Of a DNA stretch of 7,415 bases, positions 4,173-7,415 are shown piece after piece. The first letter of the stretch is position 1. The number at the start of each line of letters is the position of its first letter. Location of the stretch: positions 1 to 7,415 of the forward strand of contig JBHLPL010000096.1 of assembly GCA_048939465.1 (NCBI GenBank). Reading direction: 5' to 3'. This DNA is from Promethearchaeota archaeon. GTDB taxonomy: Archaea; Asgardarchaeota; Odinarchaeia; Odinarchaeales; JBHLKK01. Below the pieces are notes generated by a model. The model did no database searches. It saw only the letters and a list, made by a program, of their open reading frames with translations, and was not told the origin of the DNA. The translations under genes were made by a program, and so were the position numbers.

Positions 4173-6562
4173 GAAAAGATGCTAGGGATAAGAATTTTCC
4201 GTCAAGAATTGAACCTCTTAGAGAGAGAATGCTGAGAACCAAACCCAGCATAGGCGTCGAAAGAGCTAGATTGTATACAGAGTCAATGAAGCAGACCGAG
4301 ACAGAACCCATGGTGATAAGACAGGCTAAAGCCTTTGCACATATGATGGATAACATTCCCGTCACTATATTCCCGCAGGAGTTGATAGTGGGAACCATGG
4401 TTCGCAAACCCCCGGGAGCCATCGTATTTCCCGAGGGTGTAGGTCTGAGAGCTTTTCCAGAGCTAGACGACATCGGGGACCGTGACGTGAATCCGTTTGA
4501 AGTTTCGGATGAGGAACTAAGGATTCTGAAGGATGAAATAGAACCCTACTGGTCTACAAGATCAATACCGGAATATGCCGAGCACGTCACTCCAAGTAAG
4601 ATTATTGACCGGCTTTATGAAGGTGCTTTCTTCGTTCTCACTGAATTGGCAGGCATCTCACACGTTAGTATAAACTATCCGTATCTCATCTCGGTAGGAT
4701 TTGAGAAGATTAAGAATATGGCTAACAAGAGAATTGGTGAGTATGAGCAAGCCGAGAGAACAGATCCGGATTCAACAGACAAGAGTCTGTTCTACAGAAG
4801 CGCAGAGCTGGTCGCCGAAGGCGTGATAAGATTTGCCCAAAGATACTCCAGAAAGGCCAGAGAGCTCGCCAAAATGGAGAAAAAAGCGACTAGAAGGGAA
4901 GAATTGCTGAGAATCGCAGATAATTGCAAAAACGTTCCAGCCAAACCCCCTAAAACCTTTTACGAGGCACTTCAGTTCATATGGTTCGTTCAGCTCGCCC
5001 TGCATCAGGAGAACTACGAACAAGGGATCTCGATGGGGAGAATGGATCAATATCTATATGAATACTATAAGAGAGATTTGGAAGCAGGATTCTTGGATTT
5101 TGAGAAAGCTGTGGAACTTGTCTCGTGCTTATGGATAAAGACCTGTGAAATACTGCCACTTTTCGATTCCTTCCTAACTATGTATTTTAGTGGATTATTA
5201 ACCAACCAAGCGGTCACACTAAGCGGTGTTAATGAGAATGGCGAAGATGCAACAAATGAGCTAACGTATGTGATGATTGAGGCCAATAGGAGAGTTGCCT
5301 TACGACAGCCGAACGTTCATGTAAGGCTTCACAGGAAGAGCCCGGACAAGCTTTGGAATCTGCTAACAGAGATAGTAGCAAGCGGTACAAACAATATAGC
5401 GCTGTTCAACGATGATGTCGTTATCGAGGCACTATCACGGAAAGGTATTCCACTAAGGGATGCCAAGGATTATGCAACCGTAGGTTGTGTTGAGCTTGCT
5501 CCCTTTGGAAAAGCATTCACTTCTTCGGACGCAGCTCTCTTTAATCTGCCCACCTGTTTGGATCTGGCACTGAACAACGGCGTTAGTACTGCTTCTGGTG
5601 AATTGGTAGGAGTGCAGACAGGGGATTCTGCGGACTTCAAGTCCATAAATGATGTGCTGACTTCGTTCAGGAGTCAGCTCTCATATCTCATCAAAGAGAT
5701 GATTATCGGGTCGAATTCCTTTGAAATCGCAAACCGGGACCTCAAGCCAACACCATTCCTTTCCCTTTGTGTCGAGGGTTGTTTTGAGAAAGGCAAGGAT
5801 ATCACAACAGGATCCGCAACCTATAATTTCACCGGTGTTCAAGGCGTGGGGCTTGCTGATGTGGCTGACTCTTTGGCTGCACTGGATCGAGTGGTATTTG
5901 CAAATGGAAAGGTAAGTATGGGCGAACTTACGGAGGCCCTGAGAAACAATTTTGAAGGAGACGGAGATTTGAGACAGCTGCTCATTAACAAATCCCCGAA
6001 ATATGGCAACGATAACGATATTGCTGATAAATATGCAGAACTTGTGGCAAGAATGTACAGCGAGGAGATAGGGAAATACAGGAATGTGAGAGATGGGGAC
6101 TTCACGCCCGGCATATACTCACTATCTACTCAAATTGGATTGGGGTTCCAGACATCAGCGCTTCCAAGCGGCAGAAAGCATGGTGAGCCCCTCAGCAACG
6201 GTATTTCGCCCTGCATAGGGTCAGAGAGAAAGGGAGTAACAGCGGCCATGAGATCTGTAACGAAGATCGATCATGCTCTTTTTCCAAATGGAGTTTCTTA
6301 CACAGTGACACTGTCGCCGACTCTTTTTGAGGGGGGGCAGGGCTTGAATAACCTGAAAGCTCTGATTAAGACCTATATGGAACTCGGCGGTATGCATATT
6401 CATTTTAACATAGTTAATGTAAAAGAGCTTCTGGACGCGCAGAAGAATCCTGAGAGGTATAGACATCTGATGGTAAGAGTGGGGGGATTCAGCGCCTACT
6501 TCGTGGATCTCACCAGAGAGATGCAGAATGAAATAATTAGCAAGTGTCTTGAGGACCTCTAA
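4169..6562 (+). CDS. Glycyl radical enzyme, PFL2/PflD-like (probable eliminase/dehydratase class, substrate unknown)
   Basis: 797 aa. N-terminal RIEPLRERML..KPSIGVERA and IFPQELIVG motifs, Cys loop GCVE (Cys440 at 5486-5488, Glu442), Gly loop LMVRVGGFSAYFVDL (radical Gly773 at 6485-6487). It lacks the adjacent Cys-Cys of true pyruvate formate-lyase. Confidence 0.95.
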   Translation: MRKDARDKNFPSRIEPLRERMLRTKPSIGVERARLYTESMKQTETEPMVIRQAKAFAHMMDNIPVTIFPQELIVGTMVRKPPGAIVFPEGVGLRAFPELDDIGDRDVNPFEVSDEELRILKDEIEPYWSTRSIPEYAEHVTPSKIIDRLYEGAFFVLTELAGISHVSINYPYLISVGFEKIKNMANKRIGEYEQAERTDPDSTDKSLFYRSAELVAEGVIRFAQRYSRKARELAKMEKKATRREELLRIADNCKNVPAKPPKTFYEALQFIWFVQLALHQENYEQGISMGRMDQYLYEYYKRDLEAGFLDFEKAVELVSCLWIKTCEILPLFDSFLTMYFSGLLTNQAVTLSGVNENGEDATNELTYVMIEANRRVALRQPNVHVRLHRKSPDKLWNLLTEIVASGTNNIALFNDDVVIEALSRKGIPLRDAKDYATVGCVELAPFGKAFTSSDAALFNLPTCLDLALNNGVSTASGELVGVQTGDSADFKSINDVLTSFRSQLSYLIKEMIIGSNSFEIANRDLKPTPFLSLCVEGCFEKGKDITTGSATYNFTGVQGVGLADVADSLAALDRVVFANGKVSMGELTEALRNNFEGDGDLRQLLINKSPKYGNDNDIADKYAELVARMYSEEIGKYRNVRDGDFTPGIYSLSTQIGLGFQTSALPSGRKHGEPLSNGISPCIGSERKGVTAAMRSVTKIDHALFPNGVSYTVTLSPTLFEGGQGLNNLKALIKTYMELGGMHIHFNIVNVKELLDAQKNPERYRHLMVRVGGFSAYFVDLTREMQNEIISKCLEDL

Positions 6563-7415
6563 TGACCAAAAGAGACGTTCAGATCAAGGGTCTAATATTC
6601 AATGTTCAGAGGTGTTCAGTACATGACGGACCCGGTATTAGGACCACTGTTTTCTTCAAAGGGTGCCCCCTCAGGTGTCTCTGGTGTGATAATCCAGAGT
6701 CCATTAACCCAGTCCCAGAGATTATGTTTGATAACTCGAAGTGCACTAGCTGCTACAAATGCCTTAGCGCATGTCCTCAGAATGCCATAACGGCGTCTTC
6801 AGACGGAATCAAGATCGATCGCGAAGCTTGTGACAACTGTGGAGAGTGTACAAAAGTATGTAATAGCAAAGCTCTCGATATCTGCGGATCTTATTCTAAG
6901 CTTGATGATCTTCTATATGAGATCAAAAGAGACATTCCTTTTTTTGGGACATCAGGCGGAGGGATAACAGCCACTGGCGGGGAACCAGTTCTACAACATG
7001 AGTTTCTTAAGGAGCTCTTCAAGAGTGCCCACGGAAGTGCAATACATACCGCCTTGGAAACGAGTGGCTACGCTCCGTGGAAAGCTCTAAAAAATACCCT
7101 GAGAGAAACAGACCTCGTTCTCTATGATATTAAGACTATTGATCCAGAGCTTCATAGAGAAATGACTGGCGTATCAAACGAGTTGATTCTTCAGAATCTT
7201 GAGAGAATGACGCTTTCGGACATCAATTTGATTGTTAGAGTACCAGTAATTCCGGGTCATAATATTGTTTCTGAAAGAGACATACACAAGATCGGGGTTT
7301 TTTTGGCAGAACTTGGAGGGATCGATAGGATCGATCTTATGCCGTACCACAAATTTGGAATAAGCAAATATAAAATGCTGGATCGCCAATATAGCTTCGA
7401 GGCCAATCCTCCGAG
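6562..7415 (+). CDS. Glycyl-radical enzyme activating enzyme (radical SAM with 2x[4Fe-4S] ferredoxin-like insert), 3'-truncated
   Basis: Translated by hand from ATG 6562, which overlaps the GRE stop (TAATG), and open to the window end (284 codons). Motifs: FNVQRCSVHDGPGIRTTVFFKGCPLRCLWCDNPES (CxxxCxxC), CTSCYKCLSACP, CDNCGECTKVC, TATGGEP, LETSG, LYDIK, VRVPVIPG, LMPYHKFG. GAGGA SD at 6551-6555. Confidence 0.95.
   Translation, partial: MTKRDVQIKGLIFNVQRCSVHDGPGIRTTVFFKGCPLRCLWCDNPESINPVPEIMFDNSKCTSCYKCLSACPQNAITASSDGIKIDREACDNCGECTKVCNSKALDICGSYSKLDDLLYEIKRDIPFFGTSGGGITATGGEPVLQHEFLKELFKSAHGSAIHTALETSGYAPWKALKNTLRETDLVLYDIKTIDPELHREMTGVSNELILQNLERMTLSDINLIVRVPVIPGHNIVSERDIHKIGVFLAELGGIDRIDLMPYHKFGISKYKMLDRQYSFEANPP

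Noticed and set aside
4169-6562. Calling the GRE pyruvate formate-lyase (pflB), HypD or CutC
   Set aside because: No adjacent Cys-Cys, and the pocket segments differ from those enzymes. The gene symbol was left blank.
4165-7389. ORF-track entries 4165..4473, 4772..5050, 4977..5159, 5065..5286, 5721..5915, 5839..6114, 6221..6466, 6602..6790 and 7174..7389
   Set aside because: All lie antisense or out of frame within the GRE or its activase and show no recognisable protein features.
1-7415. CRISPR array, tRNA or rRNA genes
   Set aside because: No regularly spaced direct repeats, cloverleaf signatures or rRNA-like conserved segments seen on either strand.

Overview
Archaeal-looking window (TATA/BRE-like promoters, GGAGG/GAGGTG Shine-Dalgarno sites, oligo-T terminators, a sequon-rich membrane-anchored surface protein). 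The exact lineage cannot be fixed from sequence alone. Genes in order: a 5'-truncated cell-surface glycoprotein (+), a MacB/FtsX-type ABC permease with no ATPase beside it (-), a flavodoxin-like protein (-), one or two small ORFs (+), then a glycyl radical enzyme (GRE) of the PFL2/PflD type with a GCVE loop, coupled to its radical-SAM activating enzyme (+, 3'-truncated, absent from the ORF track). The most unusual region is the ~380 nt directly upstream of the GRE (about 3791-4168). It folds by eye into a multi-helix RNA on the minus strand, with four GNRA tetraloops and G-U pairs that work only on that strand. It begins with what looks like an IS200/IS605-family left-end hairpin whose target motif (TCAT/ATGA) is the GRE start codon. 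No transposase or TnpB/IscB gene is present. I could not assign this RNA to a known family, and folding and homology searches were not run.
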